NCBI GenBank assembly: GCA_052146555.1
Contig: JBKQMU010000083.1
Span: 39,316-103,315, forward strand
Direction of reading: 5' to 3'
DNA: 64,000 nt
Source of the DNA: Isosphaeraceae bacterium
GTDB taxonomy: Bacteria; Planctomycetota; Planctomycetia; Isosphaerales; Isosphaeraceae
Made by a program: the position numbers and the translations under genes. Of this stretch, positions 31,035-39,535 are shown piece by piece. Numbering within the stretch: position 1 is the stretch's first letter; the number at the start of each line of letters is the position of its first letter. The notes below the pieces were generated by a model. The model worked only from the letters and a program-made list of their open reading frames with translations. It searched no databases and was not told the DNA's origin.

Positions 31035-31530
31035 GGGACAATTCGTTACGTCACGTCATGTGCGAGAGCGAGAAGCCGCTTTCCGGGGCCCGGTAGCAAG
31101 CGACCGCGGGTTCCTTCCCCGATTGCTCGGTGCTCTCGCTATTGTTGACAGTCATTCCTGGAATGTCCACATCCCAGCCGTCAAAACTTTGTGTCGCAAA
31201 GCAGTGCGCACCGCTTCCGAAGTCTGGCTCTCAAACGCGCGATGAAATAGAGGGTCTGGGTTATCCTTGCGGCCTGGCCTTGCTTCACAACTCCTTTTGT
31301 TATCACGTTTTGCGTTTCTTGGGAAGAGAGAAAACCGGAGCCCGCGGGAATCGTCAACGGGCGTGGAGGGGGAATCTCAAGCGCGCCGGACGGGCCCAGA
31401 CGCATGCAGTGCGGCAAGGACGGAAAGGTGTGAAGATGAGCTGAAGAAGAGATATTGGCCGGATTGGCCGATGGGTTCTTACCACCTTTTGCGAACCGGG
31501 CGGAAGCGATCGCAGTTCGGGCGGGATCGC

Positions 31531-31851
31531 TCACTTCCTCGATTTACGGACCGGCTCGGCTTCGTCGCCGCGCGGTTCTTTGCGCTTTTGACGCTCGGTT
31601 TCGATCGTTGCGGTCGCGTCGAAAGGGGCCGTGGCCGCCTTGCCTTCGGAATCGACGCCAGTGAGCAGTGCCACGGACCGCTCGGCTCGTTCCAGCATGG
31701 CGTAGCACTGGGACAGCAGGCGCACGCCGGTCTCGTACCTGGCCAGCGCCGCGGCCAGGTCTGGCTCGCCGCGTTCCAGCGCCGAGACGATCTCCTCAAG
31801 CTGGCTGAGGGCCGTCTCGAAGGGAGGTTCCTTTGCCTCTTCCGCGGACAT
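31531..31851 (-). CDS. xseB: Exodeoxyribonuclease VII small subunit
   Basis: FETALSQLEEIVSALERGEPDL..ALARYETGVRLL..C...LERAE. Confidence 0.93.
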   Translation of the reverse strand: MSAEEAKEPPFETALSQLEEIVSALERGEPDLAAALARYETGVRLLSQCYAMLERAERSVALLTGVDSEGKAATAPFDATATIETERQKRKEPRGDEAEPVRKSRK

Positions 31852-32075
31852 GAGAGACTCGCAGTAGGAATCGGGGCCGGGCGATCCCAAGACTCATACG
31901 TTCGACCCGGCGTCGGGAGACGCTAGCATACTCGTTACGGCCCGCTCGTGCGACGGGGCTCGAGTGAACCGTGACCGGGCAGCGAGCCGCCAGGGGTTCC
32001 AGCCTCTGAATTTCCAAGACGTACGAGGAATGCTCCACAAGAGTTTTTACAATTTGGTGTAAATATAGATGGCGA

Positions 32076-32104
32076 TGGACGCCAACCGGTAACGGTAGTA
32101 TAAT
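32076..32104 (+). promoter_or_regulatory. Sigma70-like promoter of the BrnT-like TA locus
   Basis: TGGACG-17 nt-TATAAT, 28 nt upstream of ATG 32133. Confidence 0.55.
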
Positions 32105-32132
32105 CCTCAATGACAAAGCGAGCTAAATAACA

Positions 32133-32465
32133 ATGAAGTATCACGAAGAATTTGACTGGGACCCCTAGAAGGCAAGAACGAATCAGAAGGCTCACGGCGT
32201 ATCTTTCGAATTTGCCGCCAGCGCACTTGCAGATGAGCTGGCAGACATATTTCACATCGAAGAGTATGACGAGGCGCACAGCAGGAAAGAAAATCGGTAC
32301 ACCACTCTTGCATCGCACCCGATGAGGCGAAGTGTCGTTCTCAAGATCGTCTGGACCGATAGATCGACGGATGACGAGCAGATCACGTGGATCATCAGTG
32401 CGAGGCACGCGACCCGCAGGGAGCGAATTATTTATGAAGAAAAAACCTTTCCCAAGCGCACGTAA
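32133..32465 (+). pseudogene. brnT: BrnT-family toxin with in-frame TAG at codon 12
   Basis: Manual translation: MKYHEEFDWDP*KARTNQKAHGVSFEFAASAL...WIISARHATRRERIIYEE. FDWD/K..N..HG/IISAR is the BrnT signature. TAG at 32166-32168. Confidence 0.85.
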
Positions 32466-32868
32466 AGTCGTCCGACTGTCGGCGGCGGAGCTTCCAGTTC
32501 CGACTACGGAAGAGCTGCAACGCATGGAAGCCATGATGGACGGCCCTGTTGACACGTCCGACATTCCCGAGACAACCGAGCTCGGTCCTCGCGTGAAGCG
32601 AGATACTTCGGGCAAGCTGCAAAAGAATCAGGTCGGTCCGATCGGCAAAGCGATACTCAGTGCATTGGGCCGCCGGCGGATGACGAGATACGCGCTTTGG
32701 AAGAAGGCCAATGCCTTATGCCCTACGCTGTCCCAGTCCGCGGTTTATGAATACCTTCGCGGAGAGAGGGACATCGGAGTCGTGTACGCAGAAGCCTTGA
32801 TGGCGGCCGTCGGGTTGAAGGTTGTATCGCAAAAACAAAATCCGAGCGGCCCAGGATCGAGCCTTTGA
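32434..32868 (+). CDS. Putative antitoxin: BrnA-like N-terminus plus C-terminal HTH
   Basis: Overlaps the toxin 3' end; DTSDIPE motif; LSQSAVYEYLRGERDIG HTH-like segment. Confidence 0.65.
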   Translation: MKKKPFPSARKVVRLSAAELPVPTTEELQRMEAMMDGPVDTSDIPETTELGPRVKRDTSGKLQKNQVGPIGKAILSALGRRRMTRYALWKKANALCPTLSQSAVYEYLRGERDIGVVYAEALMAAVGLKVVSQKQNPSGPGSSL

Positions 32869-33242
32869 CCAGCGTGGGTCTCCCGACCCCGCCGCGCCAA
32901 CGCCGGGTGCCACGCTTACGAATTCGTAAGCCTGCCGTCCCCGCGGCGACCGTCGCTCACGCTTCCGGCTCAGAACACTCCGATCATTTGCGCTTGCCGG
33001 CCGAATATGTCTCGACGCGCACCGAGGCTGTCCGGACCGGTGCGGCCGTGGCGACCCTGGCAGGCGCCTTGGCGGCGTCATTCTTGCTGGCTTTCGTCTT
33101 CCCCGACGTTCGTCACGGGACCGTGATCGGGTATGTGCCATTCCGCGGTCCAGGGACTCCGGAGCCCGGCGTTCCGGAAGAGAGCGAGTCTGCGTAGGTG
33201 TGCGTTCCGCACACGAGATACATACATAAACCGGAGCGAAAC

Positions 33243-33491
33243 TCACAGCCGGGTTCGTCCGGGTAACGGCACCGGTCGATTGGGACGAGCCGTCGCCCCA
33301 GTTGATCCGCACCTGGTAGACCGCGTTTGGGTACTCCGTGGAGCCGATGTTCGGGTCCTGGAACGAGGCGACCGGACCGCTGAAGCTGACCCCTCGGTCG
33401 TGGAAACGGTCGGCCGCGAGGTTGTCGGCATGGTTCCTGTCTGGACGTATACTGACATGTTCAGCGTCGTCGAGGCGGTCGATGGCGTCCA
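33243..33491 (-). pseudogene. Frameshifted fragment of a PKD/Ig-like repeat surface protein
   Basis: TVSTTEG then (frameshift near 33390) VSFSGPVASFQDP...YQVRINWGDG. Confidence 0.55.
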
Positions 33492-33495
33492 CTAA

Positions 33496-33742
33496 GAGCT
33501 CGGCCTCCTGGTCCGCGAGATTCCCACCGCGCCCGCCAAGCCGCCGCTGCGGCACCCCCGAGCTTGCCCCCACCGACCAGGAGCACTCCCTGCTCGGCCA
33601 TCTCGACAATCCTCCCGTCGGCGTCGACGAGTTGAACCTGCGCACCAGCCTGACGGCCTCTCGGGTCATGGCCACGCTCTGTGTCCTGGAACTGAAGCGG
33701 CTGGTCCGCCGGCTGCCGGTCCACCAGATCATTCGTGTCTGA
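33496..33742 (+). pseudogene. dprA: Frameshifted 3' remnant of dprA (winged-helix tail)
   Basis: ELGLLVREIPTAP..PLRHP / frameshift / ELAPTDQEHSLLGHL..P.GVDEL..TSLTASRVMATLCVLELKRLVRRLP. Confidence 0.7.
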
Positions 33743-34529
33743 GCCTTGCTGAAAGCCGCTCGTTGTTCTATATTATTCGTATTATCTTTGCCGGATACCT
33801 GACCCACACATTACCCAATCTGCCCAGGCTGCTTTGGCAAAGAGGAATATCCCTTGCTCCGCGATGATTATTTGCAAACCATGTTGCGTCGAGAGAATGT
33901 GCGAAGAATTCAAGAGAATACGCTCGAAGTCGCTTGTGAGACGGCGCAAAGCGTCTTTCGTGATAGGCATCAAGCAACGAGGTGCGATAGGGAATGCATT
34001 GTTTCGATCCTGATCTGACTTGACGAAGTGGAGATCAGCGGCAAAATTGACTATTTAGGCGTGAGTGTGCGACGCTCACCGGCGTTCTGTCGTACTCGCC
34101 CCTACAATCCTCACGTGAGTGGATCCGGGGCTAAAGCAGTCGACTTGGTCTCGCGAAAGAATGGGGAGACAGTTCGTTAACGGGCGGTCCTAGTGGACGG
34201 TCGAACCGTTAGCATCCCCCGCGATTTTCGGGTGTCAGCTCAGCGCGGCGCATGGCTCAGTACTCGCGCTAGCTCGTTTGTCCATCCTTCGTGACGGGAA
34301 ACCGAATCCTGGATGGTGATCGAAACGTATGTACCACCTCCTGCACCTCTTGTAATGTAAGACCAAAGACCAATGTGGCGGAGCATTCACGACTTCTGGG
34401 AGAGCTCTTGCTACCGAAGGCGGGTTCCGGGGCCTGAAGTGACTGTTTGTTCTTCCACGGAAACTGAATCCTGATACAACGATCGCAACCTGAAATTTTG
34501 GAATCTGCGGCATAAGGAGGTGAGTCACA

Positions 34530-35399
34530 ATGGGTCGGTCGAAGATCGTGTTTAAGCTCTTTTGCCTGGTTGCTTTCTGGCTTTCGCAGCACGCTGCCGA
34601 TGCCGGGCAGATTCTCACTCCGCTTCAAACCCAATCGATCGCTCCGCCGGGCGTACTCATCCCGACCGACTGGGGGCCGGGGACGACAGGGATCAAGGAC
34701 CCTCTTTCCTTCAACCAGTTCGATCCGAGACTGGGAACCTTGGAGGCCGTCGACGTCACGATGTCGACGACCATCCGGAACGACTACATATTGACCTTCG
34801 TCCCAACGCCGATCGAGACCACCCTCTATGTCGCGACATCGGCGACCTCAGCTCCGAGCATACTCGCCGACCCGTCCCAGAGGGAGAAGCTCACCGACGG
34901 TCCCACCGTGATCCTTAATGCTCCCGATGGCATTGGGCAGATCTTCGGTCCTCCGGCCACGAGGCAGCCGGTTGACTTTGTGACGTTGACCGAGTCCAGC
35001 GGCACATGGCAATCTCAGAATCCCTACGCCCCGAATTTTATTCCGCCCACGGTGACCAATCTGTCGCTCTCGCGCACCCTGGACACTTCAAATGCGCCGC
35101 CCTCGCTGCTGTCTGAGTTCACCGGGACGGGCAAGGTCGACCTACCCCTGACGGCGACGGCGTTTTCGAGCTTCTTCACCGATAGCGGTAATGGCAGCGG
35201 CACCGTGCTCACGACGGCCAATGCCACTGTCACGGTCCAGTACGTCTACTCCATTGTTCCCGAGCCCTCCAGTGCCATTCTCGCGATCCTGGGAATCGGC
35301 ACGACCTGCCTCTTGTTCCAGTTGCGTCGCCGCGCTGTGCAACGCCGCGGCTGCTCAAGCGATCGGAGCCGAACTGGCTCTGACATCGATCACGTCTGA
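34530..35399 (+). CDS. Choice-of-anchor-E-like PEP-CTERM protein
   Basis: Signal peptide; FNQFDPRLGTLEAV, FTGTG, VTVQYVY; VPEPSSAILAILG...LRRR. Confidence 0.8.
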   Translation: MGRSKIVFKLFCLVAFWLSQHAADAGQILTPLQTQSIAPPGVLIPTDWGPGTTGIKDPLSFNQFDPRLGTLEAVDVTMSTTIRNDYILTFVPTPIETTLYVATSATSAPSILADPSQREKLTDGPTVILNAPDGIGQIFGPPATRQPVDFVTLTESSGTWQSQNPYAPNFIPPTVTNLSLSRTLDTSNAPPSLLSEFTGTGKVDLPLTATAFSSFFTDSGNGSGTVLTTANATVTVQYVYSIVPEPSSAILAILGIGTTCLLFQLRRRAVQRRGCSSDRSRTGSDIDHV

Positions 35400-35985
35400 T
35401 CGAGGCAGGCAGCGCGGCGACCTCGTCCTCGCCGGCCACGGTGCGGGCGATGGGTGGATGGCGATCCGGCCCGATAACCGTGGGCTTCCCCGCGCCGCGC
35501 GAACGGGGCCGTGAGGGCCCTCCGATCTGCCAGGGCTCCCTTCTCGGCGCGACCAAAACTCAGCGCCGGAGACCAGGATGGTTTTGGCGAATCGGAGGGG
35601 AGCCGCGATGCGTCTTCGGCTTTATTGCTGATGCTCGAGTTCAGCTAGAACCGACCACACTTCCTGATGGTGCCTCACCGCACTTTGACATCCGTCTGTC
35701 CTGCTTGTTGACTCCTGTCGACGATCGAGGAGAGGACCGGCGTTCCAGGATTGTTCCGTCGTTTGCTGCGGGTTGGAGGTGGGCTTCCCTTGTCGAAGGG
35801 AAGGACCAGCCGCACTTATGCCCGTGCAAATCGGGGGATGTCGCCCCCGAGCCGGGCCTGTGTGCGAGTGGGCCCAACTGAAGCTCACGACGTCGAATCA
35901 CCCGACGGAGGACGTTCTCCGTCGTCGGGCGTCCCATTCCTCAACGACCCGTTCCCTCGACTCGATTCATCTAGGAGCCAGTGCC

Positions 35986-37212
35986 ATGAACGCCGTGGGA
36001 TGGATGTGGCTGCGGCGACTGCTAGAGAGAGCTTTGTACCCGGCGGGAAAGCCGAACCACCGCTCCCAGACGAGGCGGAAGATCGCCCCCAGCCTCCAAG
36101 CGCTTGAGGCCATCGAGCTGCTGAGCACCGGCGCCCCGGTGATAGGCTACCCCTCGCCGCGGTCGATTTACGCGGAACACCACCTGCTTTCCGGCCAAGC
36201 CTCCAAGTTCAACGCCCCTAGCGCCTCAGTCATGAGCGACAGTTCGCCGGTGACCCTGCCTGCGCAGACAGCCTCGATCAGCAACACGCTGACGAATTTC
36301 GCGAACCTGCCCCTGACTCCGGCCCTGAACCTCTTCGACCCATCGCTGGGCACGTTGGCTTCGGTTGTCGTGAGTCACACGGCGGCCATCCAGAGCAACA
36401 TCACCTCGCGGAACCTCAGCCCCACGTCGCCGGCCGACATCACGGCGAGTGTTTCCGGAAGCTTCCAGATCGACGGCCTCAATCAGCCGATCGCGCAGCC
36501 GACGCAGACGGTGACGAGCCAACCCATTTCGGTGGGAGAGTTCGGCTCGGGCAATGACACAGCCACCTTCCCTCCCCTGCAGATCGCGAACTCGTCATCA
36601 GAAACCATCACCGATTCCGCCGGTTTGGCGTTCTACACCGCCTCGCCCGGCCGGGCGTCGATTGCCCTGACGATGACGGCGACGGCAACCGCTTCCGCCA
36701 ACGCACCCAACGGTAATCTGCTGACGACCGCCGAGTCGTTCGCGACTGGAACGGTGACCATCGCCTACACCTACGTCCCTGAGTGTCCCACCGCAGTCGG
36801 TGTCGGCCGGATCGGTCTGCACCACCAGCAGACGCAGCTCGTCGTCACCTACAGTGGCGCAGTAGACCCCGTGCTCGCCGAGAACCCTAATGACTACACG
36901 GTGATCACGCGGGAAGGGAAGAAGATTCCGATCGTCTCGGCGACATATAATGCAGCCACAAATTCGGTGACGCTGATCCCCGCGCATCGGCTCAACGTTC
37001 ACCATCACTTCGTGCTCTCGGCCTTGCCTCCCTGCCCCGACGGCCAGCCCGGAAATGCGCAGCTCATCCCCTTCGGCGGCAAGCAGTCGCTGATTGGGTT
37101 CCACAACCATCGCGGCCAGTTTGTCCCGTTCCATCCCCGCGAAAGTGCTGGGTCCGTGCGCCGCCGCGGCCAGTCCGCCGCAGTCCATCTAAGCGATCGT
37201 TCGCAAGCCTGA
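35986..37212 (+). CDS. Choice-of-anchor-E-like protein with planctomycete LEPRxLL-type N-terminal motif and Ig-like C-terminal domain
   Basis: LQALEAIELLS; FDPSLGTLASV; VTIAYTY; AGGAG RBS before ATG 35986. Confidence 0.72.
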   Translation: MNAVGWMWLRRLLERALYPAGKPNHRSQTRRKIAPSLQALEAIELLSTGAPVIGYPSPRSIYAEHHLLSGQASKFNAPSASVMSDSSPVTLPAQTASISNTLTNFANLPLTPALNLFDPSLGTLASVVVSHTAAIQSNITSRNLSPTSPADITASVSGSFQIDGLNQPIAQPTQTVTSQPISVGEFGSGNDTATFPPLQIANSSSETITDSAGLAFYTASPGRASIALTMTATATASANAPNGNLLTTAESFATGTVTIAYTYVPECPTAVGVGRIGLHHQQTQLVVTYSGAVDPVLAENPNDYTVITREGKKIPIVSATYNAATNSVTLIPAHRLNVHHHFVLSALPPCPDGQPGNAQLIPFGGKQSLIGFHNHRGQFVPFHPRESAGSVRRRGQSAAVHLSDRSQA

Positions 37213-37256
37213 ATCGCTGATCGCCCATCGATTCATTGGCCTGCCGACCGGAAAAG

Positions 37257-37288
37257 GCCCGGCCTCTCCTCAGAGGCCGGGCTTTCTT
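37257..37288 (+). terminator. Rho-independent terminator (possibly bidirectional)
   Basis: GCCCGGCCTCT-CCTC-AGAGGCCGGGC-TTTCTT, with AAAA upstream. Confidence 0.8.
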
Positions 37289-38094
37289 CGTCGCGGGACC
37301 TGCGCGGACGGCCGTGCTGTTGATCCCTGGCAACGCAGGCAATCATTAAGGCAACCAGCCGTTGACTTTTTTCCCAAGGAGGGTTGACCGTATCTCGTGA
37401 TCCGGGTTAATCCTTACGCCCAAGACCCGGCACCAAGACACGGACTTGCTCTGTCAGAGAATGCGATCACGATCGAGGGGTCAACCTGATCCATGTCTGC
37501 CCTCTTGTCGTCGCCAAGCGATCGGTTGCGAATGATAATCGGCGTGTGCAAACCTCAACGGTGGGAGCGTACGGTGGACTGGGTCCTCGCCAATTTAAGG
37601 ATCGACGCCACTCACGGAGGGGATAGTGGAGGGATGCGCATCCGTGATGTCATGGTAGGCCAGGTGGGTGCTGGCCGCGACAGATTCTTGGACTGGGCAG
37701 CCGTTCGAATCGGGGCTCCTGGGGCGGTCGGCATTGATTTGACGGCTCCCTGGGGGCGGCCTACGGTTCCTCATGGAGGGACATCGCAAACCTCACAGGA
37801 CAGCTCGGTTTCTGTCCTCGGACGGTGCGCGGCTCATGCGTGAACCACCCTAGATCGTCGTAGGTTGATGGCCATCCACTGTCCATCTACCGAGCTGGCG
37901 GCTACAGCGCAGACCCCGATCTCTTCGGGATGAGCGGCCCCGTAGGAATCCATCACGACTCAAGCCGAGAGTCGTTCTCCGTTTGATCTTCTTTTGAACC
38001 TGCTTGCCGAGCGGGCTTCCCAGGCACCGTCTTGAGGATCGCGGTACGCGCGGTCCTTGGGCTGGAGAAAGAGCTTCCGCGTGAGGAATCCCAG

Positions 38095-39027
38095 ATGTAT
38101 CGACCGACTTTGCTCAAGCGCTTTTGTCTGCCATCAACCTCTGACCGTCGAAGTCGTCGCCAGTTCACTGCCGCCGTGCTACCACTCGAAGATCGGCGTC
38201 TGCTTTCGACCTCGGCCGGTGGCGACCTGGCCTCGGCCGCGATGACTCAGACCGCGACGTTTCCAAACATCGAGTCACTTCCCAATGTGAGCACTCAAGC
38301 GATCCTGTATTTCAATTCGAACATGGGAACCTTGACTGAGGTGGACTTGGTGACCTCCGGGTCGTTCAGTGCCGAATTCCAGGCCGAGAACCTTGGATCT
38401 ACGGCAACCACAATCAACGCAACGACCAGCGACAATCTATCGATCAACGTCCCGAGCGGAGCGGTGCCGGTGACCATTCCCTCGGTCAACTGGACCCTCA
38501 ATAGCGGCAAGGACTCTGCACCGGTCACGAGTAGCTCCACGCCTCAGACAACGGAGTTGACATCCAGCGCGGATCTCGCCGCCTTCACCGGCAACTTCCG
38601 GATGCCCATCAGCGTGTCCAACCAGTCGACCACAAGCTCAGCGGCGGGCGACGGCGACCTGTCGGCAAAGTTCAATACCCAGACGTCCGCGACGCTCACC
38701 GTCATTTACCACTTCACTCCCAACCTTCCGAGCCTCGATCCGCCTCCAGGCCCAGGCCCGCTATCCTCCACCCCGACGAGCTCCACTTCCCCCATCAGTG
38801 GATCAAGCACCGTCACACCATTACCCTCCGGCACCGTCCAAGGCACAAGCACCCTGCCCGCGACCGGTTCGACCAAGATCGGACTCTCCTCCGGTCACGT
38901 CCAGAAGAACGCCTCCGTGAAGAAGTCGACGCCGATCCATCCGGCTGTCCATCACGTGCTGGCCCGCCATCCACGGCCGGCGGTCGAACATCTTCCAGCG
39001 AAGAAGGCCCATGTGGCCCACACTTGA
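38095..39027 (+). CDS. Choice-of-anchor-E-like protein with LEDRRLLS motif and Ser/Thr/His-rich tail
   Basis: PLEDRRLLS; FNSNMGTLTEV; FTGNF; LTVIYHF; GAGGA RBS. Confidence 0.72.
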   Translation: MYRPTLLKRFCLPSTSDRRSRRQFTAAVLPLEDRRLLSTSAGGDLASAAMTQTATFPNIESLPNVSTQAILYFNSNMGTLTEVDLVTSGSFSAEFQAENLGSTATTINATTSDNLSINVPSGAVPVTIPSVNWTLNSGKDSAPVTSSSTPQTTELTSSADLAAFTGNFRMPISVSNQSTTSSAAGDGDLSAKFNTQTSATLTVIYHFTPNLPSLDPPPGPGPLSSTPTSSTSPISGSSTVTPLPSGTVQGTSTLPATGSTKIGLSSGHVQKNASVKKSTPIHPAVHHVLARHPRPAVEHLPAKKAHVAHT

Positions 39028-39090
39028 TAATCTCTAAGATTCTCGCGAAGATCTCGAACAAAGAGGCCACTCTCACGGGGGACAGAAGCC

Positions 39091-39200
39091 GGGTGGCTGA
39101 GGCAGAATGCCCCAGATTTGCTGAACCTCAAAACCGCCAGCGACAACTGTGGTGTCGCGTTCGGCCTGTGGTGTAGCGTTCCGCTCCACCACAGCCACCC
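39091..39200. repeat. REP-like element, family A, followed by a 10-bp tandem (C(C/T)ACAGCCCT x3, 39211-39240)
   Basis: GGGTGGCTGAGGCAGAATGCCCCAG...GCTCCACCACAGCCACCC. Confidence 0.8.
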
Positions 39201-39239
39201 AGCCGCTCTCCCACAGCCCTCTACAGCCCTCTACAGCCC

Positions 39240-39368
39240 TCATCCGGCCGTACTTCTGCTGGTCGTGCGGAGAACGCGGCTGGTGATCTGACCGGAAGCC
39301 AGCCGGGTTTGGATGAGGTCGTCGGGCTGGACATCGTCAGGCTTGCGGACCAGGGTCGTGCCGTCGGC
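39240..39368 (-). pseudogene. xseA: Second copy of the xseA 3' end
   Basis: 39265-39368 matches 43519-43622 at 98/104 nt; both encode ADGTTLVRKPDDVQPDDLIQTRLASGQITSRVLRT. Confidence 0.95.
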
Positions 39369-39535
39369 CCACGCTGCCCTCCGTGCACAGATCTCGCAAA
39401 CATTTTCGGGCATTTCCATGGCCATCAAATGTCTTTCGGCCTTATCATAGCGAGGAGGAAATTTTCAGGTCTGAACCAGGTCGAGTGAATACCCAGAACG
39501 GCCTGATTCTATCCCGGTCTCACGGCGAGCGCCCC

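Noticed and set aside
32166-32168. Amber recoding (pyrrolysine or alternative genetic code)
   Set aside because: TAG acts as a normal stop for other genes here (e.g. 4933-4935, 1683) and no pyl genes are present.
32865-33197. 110-aa ORF after the antitoxin
   Set aside because: Contains a family-C palindrome and has no recognisable domain; probably non-coding.
33768-34230. AT-richer segment with short ORFs and a GTGAG..CTCAC hairpin as an integron cassette/attC
   Set aside because: No convincing R''/R' boxes, no integrase, ORFs unrecognisable.
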